From Trichoplax sp. H2 (lineage: Eukaryota), in NCBI GenBank assembly GCA_003344405.1, contig NOWV01000207.1, positions 1 through 64,000 of the forward strand: a stretch of DNA of 64,000 nucleotides, in the 5' to 3' direction. The notes under the pieces are model-generated. The model was not told the DNA's origin. It worked only from the letters and a program-made list of their open reading frames with translations, and did no database searches. This document shows positions 38,483 to 52,539 of the stretch, one piece after another (position 1 is the stretch's first letter; each line of letters begins with the position of its first letter). Position numbers and translations under genes: made by a program.

Positions 38483-39979
38483 CTATATAAGTTGTACCTA
38501 ACCACGATGAAAATCAGTCCGTGAACTACTGTTAAGGCATGATAGCCAAAATGCTCAATAGAAATAATGACAGTTTGCCTATCATTGCAACTAAATGTTC
38601 AATTGTGAGGCAGATAATGTACCTATTTATGGGTTCCCTTGAGGGCACTATCATTTATAGGCTTCGTAGAGCCGTCAGAGGTATTTAAAACTAAACATTT
38701 GCTAACCAATCGCTCTTAAGATCCGTTTGAGGTCTGATAATAAATAATTATAAGTAGAGGTGAAAGTCAGTAGCAATGCTGAGTCTGGTAAGCGCAGCGG
38801 CTATTACCTTATTGAGTAGTATAGTCAGTTAAGTGCCATTGATAAATGGAAATCATTGCCTGTGTTGGCAACTATTGCCAATTAATCATGGCTGCAATAG
38901 AGTCTGGCGGAAAGAGCACTCTCGTACGTTGTCATACGTCTAAAAGAGACTATTCAAAGAAATAGAGAGGGATATTTTCTTTCATTAGTTGCTGAATAAG
39001 TACATCAACCATGCAGTCAACGAAGCACATAGACGATGAGCATTATCACTATCTTGCTATTCTAGCATCCTATTCTGAATACGACCTAAATTACAGGTAT
39101 GTACAGTATAATCTTATACTGCGTAATGCAAGACTGGATTATTTTATTTTTATTAGCCTAATAAAAAGTAAATAGAAAATGGTGTCACGAATTCGTAATA
39201 GCAGAGCGCATTGCATATCCTACGGTAACGACGGCAGTCTGATATACGGTAGTCATTGCCGTAGTCCATTGCTACAGAAGCGATCTTCCACGATCCATGG
39301 TAATCAGTCCAAGTTGATACTAGCCAGATATTGGATTAAGGTTAATGAATTGATGTACTGTATATTATCTCATTAATATACACCTTAATTGACTCCAGGT
39401 AGTCATGTACTATCGTGGACAAGTCTGTAATCCTATCTAGTGTCATGTTATATCATGGAGTTAAGAATTGAAAATGATATAGTGTTGTGAATACCATGGT
39501 TGTATACAGGCTAATGCAGCAATAGAAAGAAAGAATAGAGTAAAGTGATCCAATGAAGGAACATTTTTCAGCATATTGACCCAAAGTCAAAATACAATCC
39601 GTTTAGCCTACTGTCAGCCACTACCGTCTCGGGATGAGTGCCTGTGAGCTGTCGTTTATTTCCATTCCATTGGTTCTGTTTGCTAAATTGGCATCACACT
39701 ATCCTATCTTACAGCAATGATACTGGAGGTATGGTAGTTGCCGTCTTAAGACAACACAGTTATCCGATCAAGCATTTAAGCTTGTACGAGTCGTCATCCG
39801 AATCAGCATCAAGCAGGCGAGAATCATTGTTGCAGTCATGAGAAGAACCAAAACCCACTACTGTATCAGCTCATCACTGCTATTTGTTTGGAGTTGTGTT
39901 GCATAACTATTTCATCTGGTTATAAAAACAGTTTGATTGCAACGAGGGACTATTGAAAGACGGAAGAGAAACCACCACT

Positions 39980-40850
39980 CATTGCCAAAATGGCGAAGAC
40001 GGAGTTGATTTACTATACAGTACTGTACAACTCAGGGATCGCTACGGCATAAACTACTTTACTATGAACTTCTAGAACCAGTGTACAGTATAATACAGTA
40101 CAGTGTATGATAACAGTACTGTACACTGTACACTGTACAGTCTCTCGGGCTCTTTCTGTTTTGACCGTTTAAGGACAAGGGTGGGCGTGACATCACCCGG
40201 CACGATCAATAAACATGATTGGTCACCTTGGTATTATCTTTCAAATTTAAAAATGAGTGCTCAGACATACAGACGCATGCAACATGGATACCCCTGTACT
40301 GTACTGTACTGTACTGTACTACACTGACTGTCCATTGTACAGTACAATGTACAGTACAACACATTACAGTGTACAGTACAATGTACACTACAGCAATCCG
40401 AAATTGATTTTGGACAGGGATATTTTGAAAACGATTTTGGATTAAATCATCAATACTCTATCTGTCTCTTTTCAGTTTGGACAGAGATAGAGAGAAGTAC
40501 AGAAATTCCATTAATAGACTGCAGCACTGTCTTGATGAACACGATATCACTTCATTAGCCTCACTAGAAGCTCAACATTCTCCTTTTCAATTTTGGAAAT
40601 GTCCAGTACAGAACCCTACAGTATACTGTATCCTCAGCGACTGTACAGAACAGTACAGTACTGTATTTTTAGTGTCCGTCCGTGCTACTTGACAAACGTC
40701 CGTACACGACTGTATAAGTGTTATATGCCCCTTCAACCGAACCGGCCAATCGATTACACTAGGCAAGCTCGGTTGAAAGCATCCCCACCGACGAATTCTC
40801 GCCATCGACTGCAATAAATTGTTGCAAAAACGAAAGGAGAAATGTAAGTT
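39980..40850. promoter_or_regulatory. Probable (bidirectional) promoter upstream of FBF1 with a TACTG/TGTACA motif cluster
   Basis: Dense CTGTAC/GTACAG/TGTACA repeats including (CTGTA)5 at about 40294-40320; YY1-like AAAATGGCG at 39987-39995; candidate first-exon donor GTAAGT at about 40844. Confidence 0.55.
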
Positions 40851-42315
40851 TGACTTTCTGTAATGAATTGAATGATTGGATTGATTCTTTTTTACTTGGG
40901 AGGGAAGTAGGAACGGTGAGAAAGGAGTTCTTGTCGAGCATAAATTATCGCATCCTCTCTTGTCTTGAAATCAATTTGCCAGTAGTGTAGAGCTAGACGA
41001 TACAGAAAGAACATTATCGTGTCCAGTTGAAGAGAAGAGAATTTCACTGTAGTTACAGAAATTCATTGAAATGAGAAATGCAATACAGATCTTTTAAAAC
41101 GGACGCGTTTACAGAAATTGTATTTTCATAATTTATCCACAGTATCTGTTATTTATTTTATCAGTAAAAATAGACTTGAATAACGGTGATACAGTTGATA
41201 TACTGTCAACGGTCCAATACAAGTTATTTGCCATTTCTGTGACTGAAATCTCCCTTTGAAGATTTGCAAACAACACGACAGTAAACAGACGAAAGCCTGT
41301 TCCAGGATCTGTTTCTAGTCTTGACTAGTTCATGTTGTATAGTACATTACGGTTCTGATTAAATATTGCATATCGTAATAAGAGGATAATTGGAAACCAC
41401 AGACTTGGCCATGAAACCATCGATCAGAACAGACCGCCTGACTCAATCTGTCATTGAATCGATTCCTTGATCCAATTTATAGAGTCAACATCCGTTGAAG
41501 CATGCATGATCGTCAATCTGTTTCTATGGCGATTTAATTTATACTGGCAATATTATTTTAAAATTGATTCTATGAAAACTTGGCTTAGATTCAGCCTGAT
41601 AACACTGCCCTTCAACCGTTTACAACATCGTTATAGCCTAAATTAGAATGTAACGAGAGGATGACGACTGCATTTGCAAACTTCAAGTTATTTCAACTTT
41701 TAACAGTAGAGTGTCAAAGCCCACCGTTGTAACAGACGGTCATTGCAAAGATACTTACATAGAATGCTATCGTCGAATTAGCCCTTTAACCTTGATGATG
41801 ATAGTAATCATGAAATATTCATTCAAAACAAATGTAAAATTTCCGAGTGTTATAGTCTAGTAACTGTAGGTTTAATCCATTCAGTGAGTAAGCCTAGACT
41901 TTATATAAGACCACTTTCCTTTTCATTGAGTTGACAGTATGGTATAATCCAGTCTAGCCATAAAAACAACTCTGTATTACCTAAACGTCGATGTTTTTTT
42001 ATCTCTTTGAAATGGGAAAGCAAAGACCCCTTACGTTATTATTATTAATTATTGTTTATATTATTTATTTGTAAAAGTGCCTACTGTTAATAATAATAAT
42101 TACAGTGGTACCACAAAATAAAAGACGCAATCAACAAATGAATTCACTTAGAAATACACAACTTTAAAAAAATAGATAATTCACAGAAATGGATTGCAAT
42201 CATTTCCATAAAGCAAATCCACCGTAAAGGTAGTAATGGTAACTAACGTCTTAAAACTCTTTTATATAGTTTATAGAAAATTCAATTCATTCAAAGATAA
42301 ACCATTGATACGGCC

Positions 42316-45300
42316 ATGGAGAGATCTGGGAATCGCCCAAGGTAAAAGTACATTGTTAACCAAGACACAAAGTATCAAGCATATTATACGTTGTATACGT
42401 AGAAATGCCAAGAAAATTACCAGCTGCTTTTTAAAGATTGAATCTAGACGTCATCATTATCCTATTTATTGTTCTAAACATATTGACGACGTTCCATTTT
42501 AGATGTGCTGATTACTATATACTGCCTTAAAGCGACAATATTAGTCCACTTGAAATCATTTCGTACGATTGTATTATTACACAACTGATATCTAACCACT
42601 ATAGAATTTAAAACTTCTCTCCACATAGCCTATAGCAACTGATTTATTATCAAATATGCGTCTTAACGTTTAATGGTTAAAAGGATTTCATATGTTGTTC
42701 TTATTTATTCAGTGCAGTATACGGAAGCTGTATGAGTTGTACTGCAGTAGTTCACTTGATTAGTATAGCGATAATTTGTTGTTGATAGTATGTGCGTTAT
42801 GCTAGAATAATTACCCAGTTATACCATAGTTCTTCGCTTTATGATATTGTCTATTTACGTGTCGCATATCAAATCCGTTAAAATCTTACTGTAAACTATA
42901 ACTAGATGAATACCGTAATGATTAGCTATAATAATTAATTATTATTTACACCATATACTCATATAATTAATTAACTTATCTACTTTCGTTTAAAACTAGA
43001 TCTTCTGCTTTTACTACCGGCTATGGTACTTCTTCTATCGATCCCAGGAATGAAATGGTAGAATCTGAAGAGGTAAACATTACCATTGACAATGTAATAG
43101 TATTATCTAGAGAGTTTATGGCTTTAGTGTGCCGCTTCTGCATATTAAATAGAGCACTAATAGTGAAAGAAATTGATACTTATACTAATACTACTTCTTA
43201 TTTGCTGCTATTGTATCATATGAACACACATCTAAATTTAAACTTGAATCATACTTTCCAAAACATAATGCGTACCTTTAATTTATTAGTGAATAAATAT
43301 TTGGTTGATCAATTATTTCCTCTAAAATCAGTCCCAATAAATCCACGATAATAACATGTGGATATCACAGTTGGAAACTGTTCTTTGCGCGTTATTGCTA
43401 CCGAAACCATGCAGAATAAACAGACTACTTTAAATTACCGTTTCGATTAAAATTTGTATTTGTTCTGTTTATTTGTGTATATTTAATCACTATGATTGTA
43501 AAGTTCTAGCATTTACTGGTTGATTTTGATTGGAAACCAACAATAAAACGTTTTTACGAAAGTTAGCTCAGTTTCATTATAATAGAAGCTTATGATTACG
43601 CTATAATTATGTAAGCATTATATTACCGTAACTGATGCAGTAAAAATTTAGTTATCTAAATAGCATGTTATCAATTCATCCTTGTACTATAAATTATCGC
43701 CAGGAAGAAGACGTTGTTCTATCCCCTGCCGAAGCTCAACGGATTGCCAACGAACTTGCTGTATGTCTCTTCGGACAGCATTTTAAATCGATAATCTGTG
43801 TATCTGCTTAGGAACGTATTCTTATTAGGATCATTTTACCTCCAATGTAACAGGGAATGGATGATATGGAAGCAAATTTATTCGGAAATTCATTAAAACG
43901 ATCTTCTAATGTTGTCAATCAGCAGGTCAAACCTTCACTGAAAGGTAGTATTATTTGCAAGATTCAAACAAAGAACTTAACTATCTTTTCCAATTAAAGT
44001 GTGGACATAAGTTTTAATCGTCTAAACTACTACATTTAGGATCCCCACCGAGAAAGTCACGTCACCAAGAATCATCTGAAATTAGTCCTTCACCTCCAGA
44101 TGCATCTTCGCAAGACTTTGGAGGTAACACATTATGATTTCCTTAACTTTTGATATCATAATTTATATTATATTGTAAAGCAGTTTACATGTGACAAAAT
44201 CATCATATTTACGTCATGTGTTATTCGTCATTGATAGATTTCGATGAAGACGATCCACTAGCAGGTCTTGGACTGTCTGACAGCGATGAAGAAGATTTCA
44301 AAAGGAAGAAGCAGAAAAAAATCACTAAATCAACTAGAGCGAAAGTTCCGCCTGCAGAAAAAAATCAACCTGGTATGTGAGGAGCTGTTTGATTAACAAT
44401 ATGCTGTTTCGTATTTTTAAAAATATTTTCGATTATTTAAAGAAGTGCCTTCGGGAAAAAGTCAGGCGGAAGATAAGGCACAACATGCTGACGTCGAACA
44501 AGTCAAGCGTGAGGTAGTCACATCTTCGAAACCAAAATCAGCAAATAAACTAACTAAGAAAACTGCAGATTCTGATGATGACATTACATTTGAAGCTGGA
44601 GGGCTATTAGATGACATGGGGTTTAGTGATGGAGAAAGTAAACCTCGATCAAAACCTGAGATGAAAGTTACTGTTGATGATGACGAAGATTTACAACCAG
44701 CGTCGGCAACTTTAGATAAATTTATTGGTAAAAGTAAGCCTGATGATGCCAAGCCAGGGCGAAAATTAACCGCTTTAGATAAGCTATTAAAAAAAGTAGA
44801 AGATACTAGTAACGATCACGAGGAAGGTAGATATAGCCATGCCATTAGCAAATACCCGTGGTAAACTGTTTTTCTACTTGTTTGAATGCCATACTGATGC
44901 GATATTATTTGCTAATACTAGAGGATAACCTAGCATTTGGCGATTATGTTCCATCTGCAGGAAGAAATAGTGTGCGTCCATCAACGGCATCATCGACACA
45001 AAAATCCGTTAGATTTTCAGGTAGCCTTTTCAGACGAAACATTTATAGAAAATCAATTTCTTAATACCAGCAATTATAGAAACTGGGTTGTAAGTAATGC
45101 AAAAATTAAACGCTGCATTATTTGATAAGTCACGGCTTTTGGTCTGTTATTGTGTAAAAATCATGATAGATTAACTATCTTTTTTAACACCCAATCGATT
45201 AGTATGCGCTAATTTGTATGTACTGTACTATTACGTTAACCATGGTATGCAATTTCATCGTAATAGACAGACTAATCACAACTATTGTTAATATTTTCTT

Positions 45301-48300
45301 ATTTACGTAGATGAACTCGACCGTCCTAAATCAAGTCCTGCCGGGCGTGATCGTAAAGCCAGATTGAATTCCAGTAAGCAATCTTCCATTCAGTTTGATA
45401 ATGAAGAAACAGAGTCTCAAAAATCGAACGATCCTTTCGAGGCTACGGAATCTTCTGGGGAAGATTGGCTCAGTCTAGAAGATAAAAGAATATCGCAGGT
45501 ACGAAAAACGCCTGCTAATTTACCGAAATCTCAACCTCCTAATGCTTCAGTTAAGAAAACCAAAGAGAATAAAAGTCAGAAATCTGACGATTGGTTAGGA
45601 CTTGATGACCATAACAATGGCCCTGCACCGGTGCCAAAGAAAGGTGCAGAAGGAGACAGAAGATCTGCTCCAAAATCTTCTCCGAGAACAGATAAAAGCA
45701 AGAAGCAATCTGCAGCTAACTGGCTAGGATTAGACGATGATAGCATTCCTATTCAAGAAAGTACAAATACTGATACATCACGATCGCCACCAAAAAGTCC
45801 TACTAGAAGAGGATCAGCTTCCGATTGGCTAGGATTTACAGATACTAATGAAGATAATTTTCAAGAAACTGCTACTGAAAGGCTTCACTCACCGCCAAAA
45901 AGCCCATCGAGAAAGGCAGGATCAGAATTTTCCAAATCACAAGATGATGTAACAGAGAACTCAGCTCAGACTGATGAGATTAAGCCTCCGCAAAGTCGTA
46001 GAAAGAATCGTTTTCAAGATAATGAACGGAAGTCAGCAGAAGCAATCTTTGGCGGTGACGATGATGATGATATCTTTAAGTTAGGAAAGAAAGATATCAA
46101 TAAACTACAGCAGCGCCCTGTAAAAAATCAACACTCAAGTAGCGAAGCAAAGGAAAGAAAGCAACCTGATACCAGCGATCCTCCTCCTAGGTAACTATTC
46201 TTTGTTTAGAGCTATAATTAATATAGTCACTAAAGCGATAAAACGTAGTGAACTAAAAACATATACATCACATCTGTTGTAGCCGATTACAGTCAGAAGG
46301 TGGAAATAAAGAAATGAAACACTCTAGCAGGCAAACCTCAGACGATGTTACGCATGATGTTGACGATACTTTCGAGAATGATGGTGAATTTCGAGCGAAT
46401 TTGTCAACTTCAAGGAGTAGTACGTCGAAAGAATTCGTTTCGCCGCCCACAGCTATAGGCAATCGGACCGATCGAGCTATAACAGAAAGAAATCAAACTA
46501 AAAGCTTTAATAAATCAGAACAACATACTGTATCAAAACCAGTAGAATATAGAGATCCAAGGATCATTGCTAGTCCTTTCACCGTAGGTTTCAAATCTTC
46601 TTGGGATGATTTGTGGAATTTTAGCTTCATTTTTATTGATTACTTGACGTAGTTTGATAATATATCGCGCTGTCATGATATTATAATAAATAGGAACAAC
46701 TAGTACCAGCTGGTCATTACGTGACTGAAGATGAATGGAAAACGTTATATAATAAGTACTTGGAAGCCGAACGTGAAAGGCAAAAGATTTATTTAGAATC
46801 TATAGCCAAGCAAGGAGAATACGAATCTAAGGTATTAATTTGTTAGCGTTGCATGCCTAAGTAACAAACTCAAAATTAGTTAAATTTTACTATCACTTTG
46901 ATATTTTAGATGAAAAGATATGAAGTGGAATGCAAGCAACTGCGTGATACCATGGCAGCTTCTGAACAACGCCACCTTGATGAAATGGAAGCATTAGAAA
47001 GAACATATGAGTAAGAATTGCCTTCCTACAGTATAATAAATTATTATGATATACCGAAGGTGAGTTTCAATCATTACTAACGACTGGTACCCGAAATTTG
47101 TAAATATTTATTTAGAAACCGCATTAAAAATTTAGAAGAAAATTATCAACGAAGGGAAAACCGGTAAGAACTAATACTCTGGCTATATCTCAAGGACGTA
47201 GTTCTTAAGCTGCGTCAAATATGATTTTTCCCTTACAAGTAGCATGAATTTTATTTGGATTCTTTTCTCTTTCTAAACATTTTAAAATTTGCGGTCATTT
47301 TTTATAAATAGATTGAAAGACGATCTTAGTAGTCAAACAACTCAGTTTGTCGACAAAATCCGTTTAGTGGAGACAGAGAAATCCGATTTAATGGTCAGTC
47401 ATGGTCGAAAAATTGCCAACGTAGAAGCTGCCAAAGTTACCGAAATTGAAGAAATTCGAAGGACTTACAGGTTAGGCAAATTTGTCCTTCTAATTTGAAT
47501 GAAAAGAAGGTATAAATTCATGCGCATTGGAACATAATTCTGCCAATCGAGCATTCTATAATTAATTAACCATTGCTATACATAATTCAACAATTAACCG
47601 TGGGTTAGAGCAACCATGGATGAAGTACGCCAACAATTTAATCAAGAAAAAGACCAATGGCAAGCAGCAAGAACAGAAGAAATTTCTGCACTCATGGAAA
47701 CTTACTCGCAGACCCAGTAATTACTAATGACTTGTTTCAAATGATGCACACCATTGAAGAAGACTACTTATCATATTTATTATTCCTATTTTGTGCTTAG
47801 GGCATTGAACGATTTAGTTCATCATGTCAAAACTACTGCATCTTCAGTTAATTCCTTACAAGGTAAAATGAAACAACAGCAGCAATATACGTTGACAGAG
47901 CGCGAACAATCAGCTAAAGAGAAAGATGAAGAACTGAAACGTAGGAAAAACTGATGTAGTAGTACAATATAATCTAGCCTAAAAAAGGTTAGTAAGATTC
48001 ATTTACTAATATGTACGCATCATTCCAAAGGCCTGCAAGAAAAACTTATCGAACAACATACTGAGATTGATCGAGAAAGACTGAATTTACAAACTCTGAT
48101 TGCCAAGATGGAAACGCATTATAAGGAACAAGTTAGACAAGTGCAAGAGGTCAGTGTCTAGTTTTGTAGTATTGTACATAATACGACATTTGGTGATGCT
48201 GATTCACGCACCACTTAATTTGCGCTGTCTTAATATTGTAGGAGAAGTGGAATATATCTCAAGAAGCTATGCGACTTAAAGCAAAGATAGAAGCTTATGA

Positions 48301-49791
48301 AGAAGATCACAGACAAACTTCTGAACGAATAGCGAAAGAAAGAATCGATGTTGAGAAAGCAAAAGTAAAAATATTTATAATGCACTATCACATTGCAAAT
48401 AAGAGTGCATTCTTAGTATCTTGTTTATTTTAAGGATGCCTTAAATAAAGAGCAAAAGGAAATATTAGCTCAATGTTATGAAGAACGTCGCTTGTTAGCC
48501 GCAGAAAGAGCAGAACTATTACGAAATCAAAATTTATCTTCATATCGTCAACAAACGGAACAAAATAAAGCACTAAAGGTCGCCAATATGCAACATATAA
48601 TAACATCTACAAAGAAAATATCGTCTATTCATCTTTCGATATCGTACAACAATAGTTAATACATTATCCAATTTATTTCGATAGACTGAAGCTGATATGG
48701 AAGTTTCCATTGTTGAGTTGGCTAAGAAAAAGGCGGAAGTCGAGGCCGAACGCGCTGGTTTACAACGGGAAAGAGAACAACTGATGAAAGAGCAAAATGC
48801 TGTAGAGCTAAACAAACAAAATGTTGAAAAATTAAAGAATAACATTACGAAAATGGAGATAGATATCAGTAAAAGAGCACAAGAAGTTGAGCACTTGAGC
48901 AAGGTTGCGGTTATATTAATTTTCTAGTGTATTTTGCTTGAAAGCGACTTAGTTATATTAGGCTTTTAGGTATAGTATCGTTCGGTGATCATGTAGTTAT
49001 TTTCTCGTGAACTACTAGATCGCTATTCAAATGCGTCATGAAAGTGAGAAAGCATTGCATGAGGCACTGATGATGCAAAGTGAGCTCGAGCAAAGAGCAA
49101 ATACAATAGAGGTTTGGCAGCAAAATGCGGAAGCTCAGGAAAGACAATTAGCGCAGGTATTCGTCATAAGTGAAGCCTATTTAATTTTTTCCTCCCGTAA
49201 AAGTAACTTCAATCTTATCTTTAACTAGGAGCGCTATGCTATAGCCCAAGAATGGAGAAGTATCGATAACCTCAAGCATGAACTTCGAAGCAGGGATCAT
49301 GAAGCAACTATGCACATTATCCATGATTCTTACAGTCAACGTACGCATGAACTATTAAGAATTATAAGTGATAGGAAATTATGAAATAAGTTATATAAGT
49401 AAAAGCATTAATGAAATCGGGTACTATTTATTTACCTGATCAAAATAGGTAAGAATTCATCTCTTGTTACGCAAACAAGTGACAACAAAAAAACTAATCG
49501 ACAGTTTCCAGTTATTAACATGCGTCCCAAATTGAATTCCGTTAAACAAAGTGCCAAGATTTTATCAAATGTATTTCGACAAGTAAGTTTATACAATATA
49601 ATGACCTGTGCGTTGTGGATACCTATTTATTTTCATTTATAAACCGTATTTATAGCTATTTGTACTATATTTGCTAGTGCTTCTAATGCTTTATTGAATC
49701 TTTTTTTTTAATGTAGGACGAGGAGGAGCTAGAAGATGAGAGAAACTTCCTTAATACAATTATGGACTCGAATTTGAATGTTCATTTATAA
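42316..49791 (+). CDS. FBF1: Fas-binding factor 1 homolog (ciliary distal appendage/transition fibre coiled-coil protein), about 24 exons
   Basis: Phase-compatible GT-AG exons from 42316-42341, 43000-43072, 43704-43760, 43854-43944, 44040-44123, 44238-44372 through to 49717-49791. Motifs GMDDMEANLFG, DDPLAGL, LAFGDYVPS...KSVRF, repeated DWLG, a long coiled coil (IAKMETHYKEQ...EKW; CYEERRLLAAERAE) and terminal LEDERNFLNTI match FBF1 as recalled. The start codon is the least certain part. Confidence 0.85.
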
Positions 49792-52539
49792 GCATGCAAT
49801 ACTAATCAAAAATGTTTTGAAAGATACGATTTAATTACCTTTGGATCTTTTGCTATCAAATAGAGAACATATAGTCCAATATAAACGATCACGAAATTGA
49901 ATTATCGAAAACTTATAATTAAACTATGCTTTGGATGAGTTACGATATATATTATACTTGTACAGAAAATTTTAAAGTTTTATTTATGATAGCTACAATT
50001 TCTTGATAATTAATGTAAATAATTGCTCGATTTATAATATAGTCATACCTGAAAATTTTTTTCCTTTTATTGCAATTCATTTAAAATCGAAACATATGTA
50101 TACTGTATTTATGTTGATGACCTAAAACGTAGAGCTAAAAAGCGAATTGTCTAGAACATATTTTTTGCAATCATTCATGAAAGGAAATAAACCTAAGTTA
50201 ATGATTGTAATGCACAGTACATGCGTTTCGATTTTAGAAATTACGATCTGATTGCAATCGCTGAAACTAAATAGTAACATTTTAAATGATGTAACGCGTC
50301 TATTGTACTACACTACAACAGTAGTTATTAAACGTTAATGTAAATAAGTTTACGACCTATTTAGCTCCAAGAATAGGTAAAATTTTTCTACAGTGTATGG
50401 CAGTAATTTCATACCGCAATTCTTTCACAATCACGTCGGCAAATATGAGAAGATGAAAATATAAAAAGAAATTACTAAGATTGACTATAATAAATGTGCA
50501 TGTTTTCAATGTACGAGAACTGCGACTGGCTATCGTAGCTTAGTAATTTCATTCGTTACAATAATTTACAAGTACACTTGATATTATAAATTTTATGTTA
50601 GCTGATCATTCCTCAGTAATTTAATAAGAAGATACTAATATACTACAGTCATCAGGAAAGGCTCAGTTGTACTATATATTTAGATCTAAATTCTGGTCGT
50701 GTTGGTAATAAACCTGCTTGTCATAAACATTATCTTACGAAGTAAGAATTTTTATGATACTAAAAGGTTAGAAATACGGCAGTTGGATAACTTTGTTACT
50801 TCTAATTTATACGTATACTTACTTTTACTAGATTAATGTAAACTGGTCACTTCACAGTAATTTACCAGGTAGCCAATGAAATAAAATACCAAAATCAATC
50901 ATTAAGCCATATTCTGTTGTAATGTATGACAAACCTCAGTTTGTACACTATAAACTATGGTCTATGTTGGTAATGAATCTGTTTATTCTACATTATCTGA
51001 CGATCTTAAAACTATTTATGACGCGAAGTAGCTAGAATTATCATAAATGATACTAGCAATAATATAAATACATTTGATCGAAATAGCTTTGTTAGCCATT
51101 TTTCATTCAGCTTTTCAAATTTAATAGAAGTTTTGGTCAATGTTGGATACTTTGTTTTCAAGTACTGTAATCTTTTCGTAATTAGAATATACATATAAAG
51201 CTTGAACATGCCAATCCTCAATAGAATCTCGATTTTATTTTACGCTCATGCAGAAATAAGAAGCATTAAATTTTACTCAAAGAGGGATAGCACTATGCAT
51301 AAGATCCCGGATTGTTTTAAAAGTAAATCCGAAATCCTTAGATTTAGATCTAAGCCAATACAGTACAGTACGTACTTTCTAGTCAACTTTCACAAGTTGA
51401 AGTTACATATGGTCTAGTCAAATTGTATAGTAATGCTATAATTATACGCTATAATTATACCGAATTATGGTAAACTCCATTTCTTTTTAGAGAGATACAA
51501 ATATAGTACTTTACCTAGCTAAGTTGGCTTACAAATTAACTTATCTGGCATTTGTTAACAAATCAAATTTATAATCACTACAGATACTGAACAAGTTATT
51601 ATAAGCCTTCAGTTCGATATCATTTAAAGCAGACTACTATTTCAAAGTATCATTGATGCTAGTAATCATAATTTAATTGAAATCCACCGTAAATTTATTT
51701 AGTAACCTATAACTACTTTACAAACAGCTGCAATAAATCACAGAGGAAATAATTGGTATTAAACTTAGTTAGCGGATCGGATCCTTCGTGTAAGCATTGC
51801 AAATCAAAGACTTGTGCTAACAATAGAGTTTATTTAATCTGTTAACCTAATAAACATATTTAATAAACAAACATATTTATCACTGCAATTTTTCATAATT
51901 ATTAATTATTAGGACCTTACGTAGCCAGTCACCTTATGTCATTTCACTTTTAGTAGAAGAAATCACTTCATTAAATTAATATCAGTTTAATCACTTTCTA
52001 TTGAATAATTATTCATCTTCAATTTTATTATCGATAAGGCCGTTGCATCTGAACCTTATTGGCACCAAACTAATTATTGTTCGTGATAAAAATTAACTTA
52101 CAAATAGTGATTATTACCTTTCAAATAAGTTAAAAAGTTCTCGTCCAGATCTTTTAAAAGACAAAATTTTAAAATATTTCGCAATTCAATAATAGATAAG
52201 TCAGTCACTCACTTTATTAACATGCGTGCCCATTCATTTCTGTGTAGATTTTATGTAATACTTTGCAAAAAATTAATTAAGATTCATTCAAGCAAGAAAA
52301 AAAAATATCGATATGAGTTGATCATCGGTTTTGAAAACAAACAATGATATTGCTCGTCGAATTTACATACGACAAATTAGATGGAGATTGGACTATCATA
52401 TAAATATGTCAAAAAGCCATCACTATAGAGCCATCTACAGATCGTGATAAGCATAAGTCAATGTGATTAAGAAAGCCTTCGATGAATGCGCATGCTTTGC
52501 AATTTCTAGCACTAATAAAAAGTATCTTCACGTTTAATA

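Noticed and set aside
40103..40941. Short ORFs rich in C/T/V/L/Y/Q (also at 56113-56421 and 60029-60313)
   Set aside because: Translation artefacts of the TACTG/TGTACA motif clouds.
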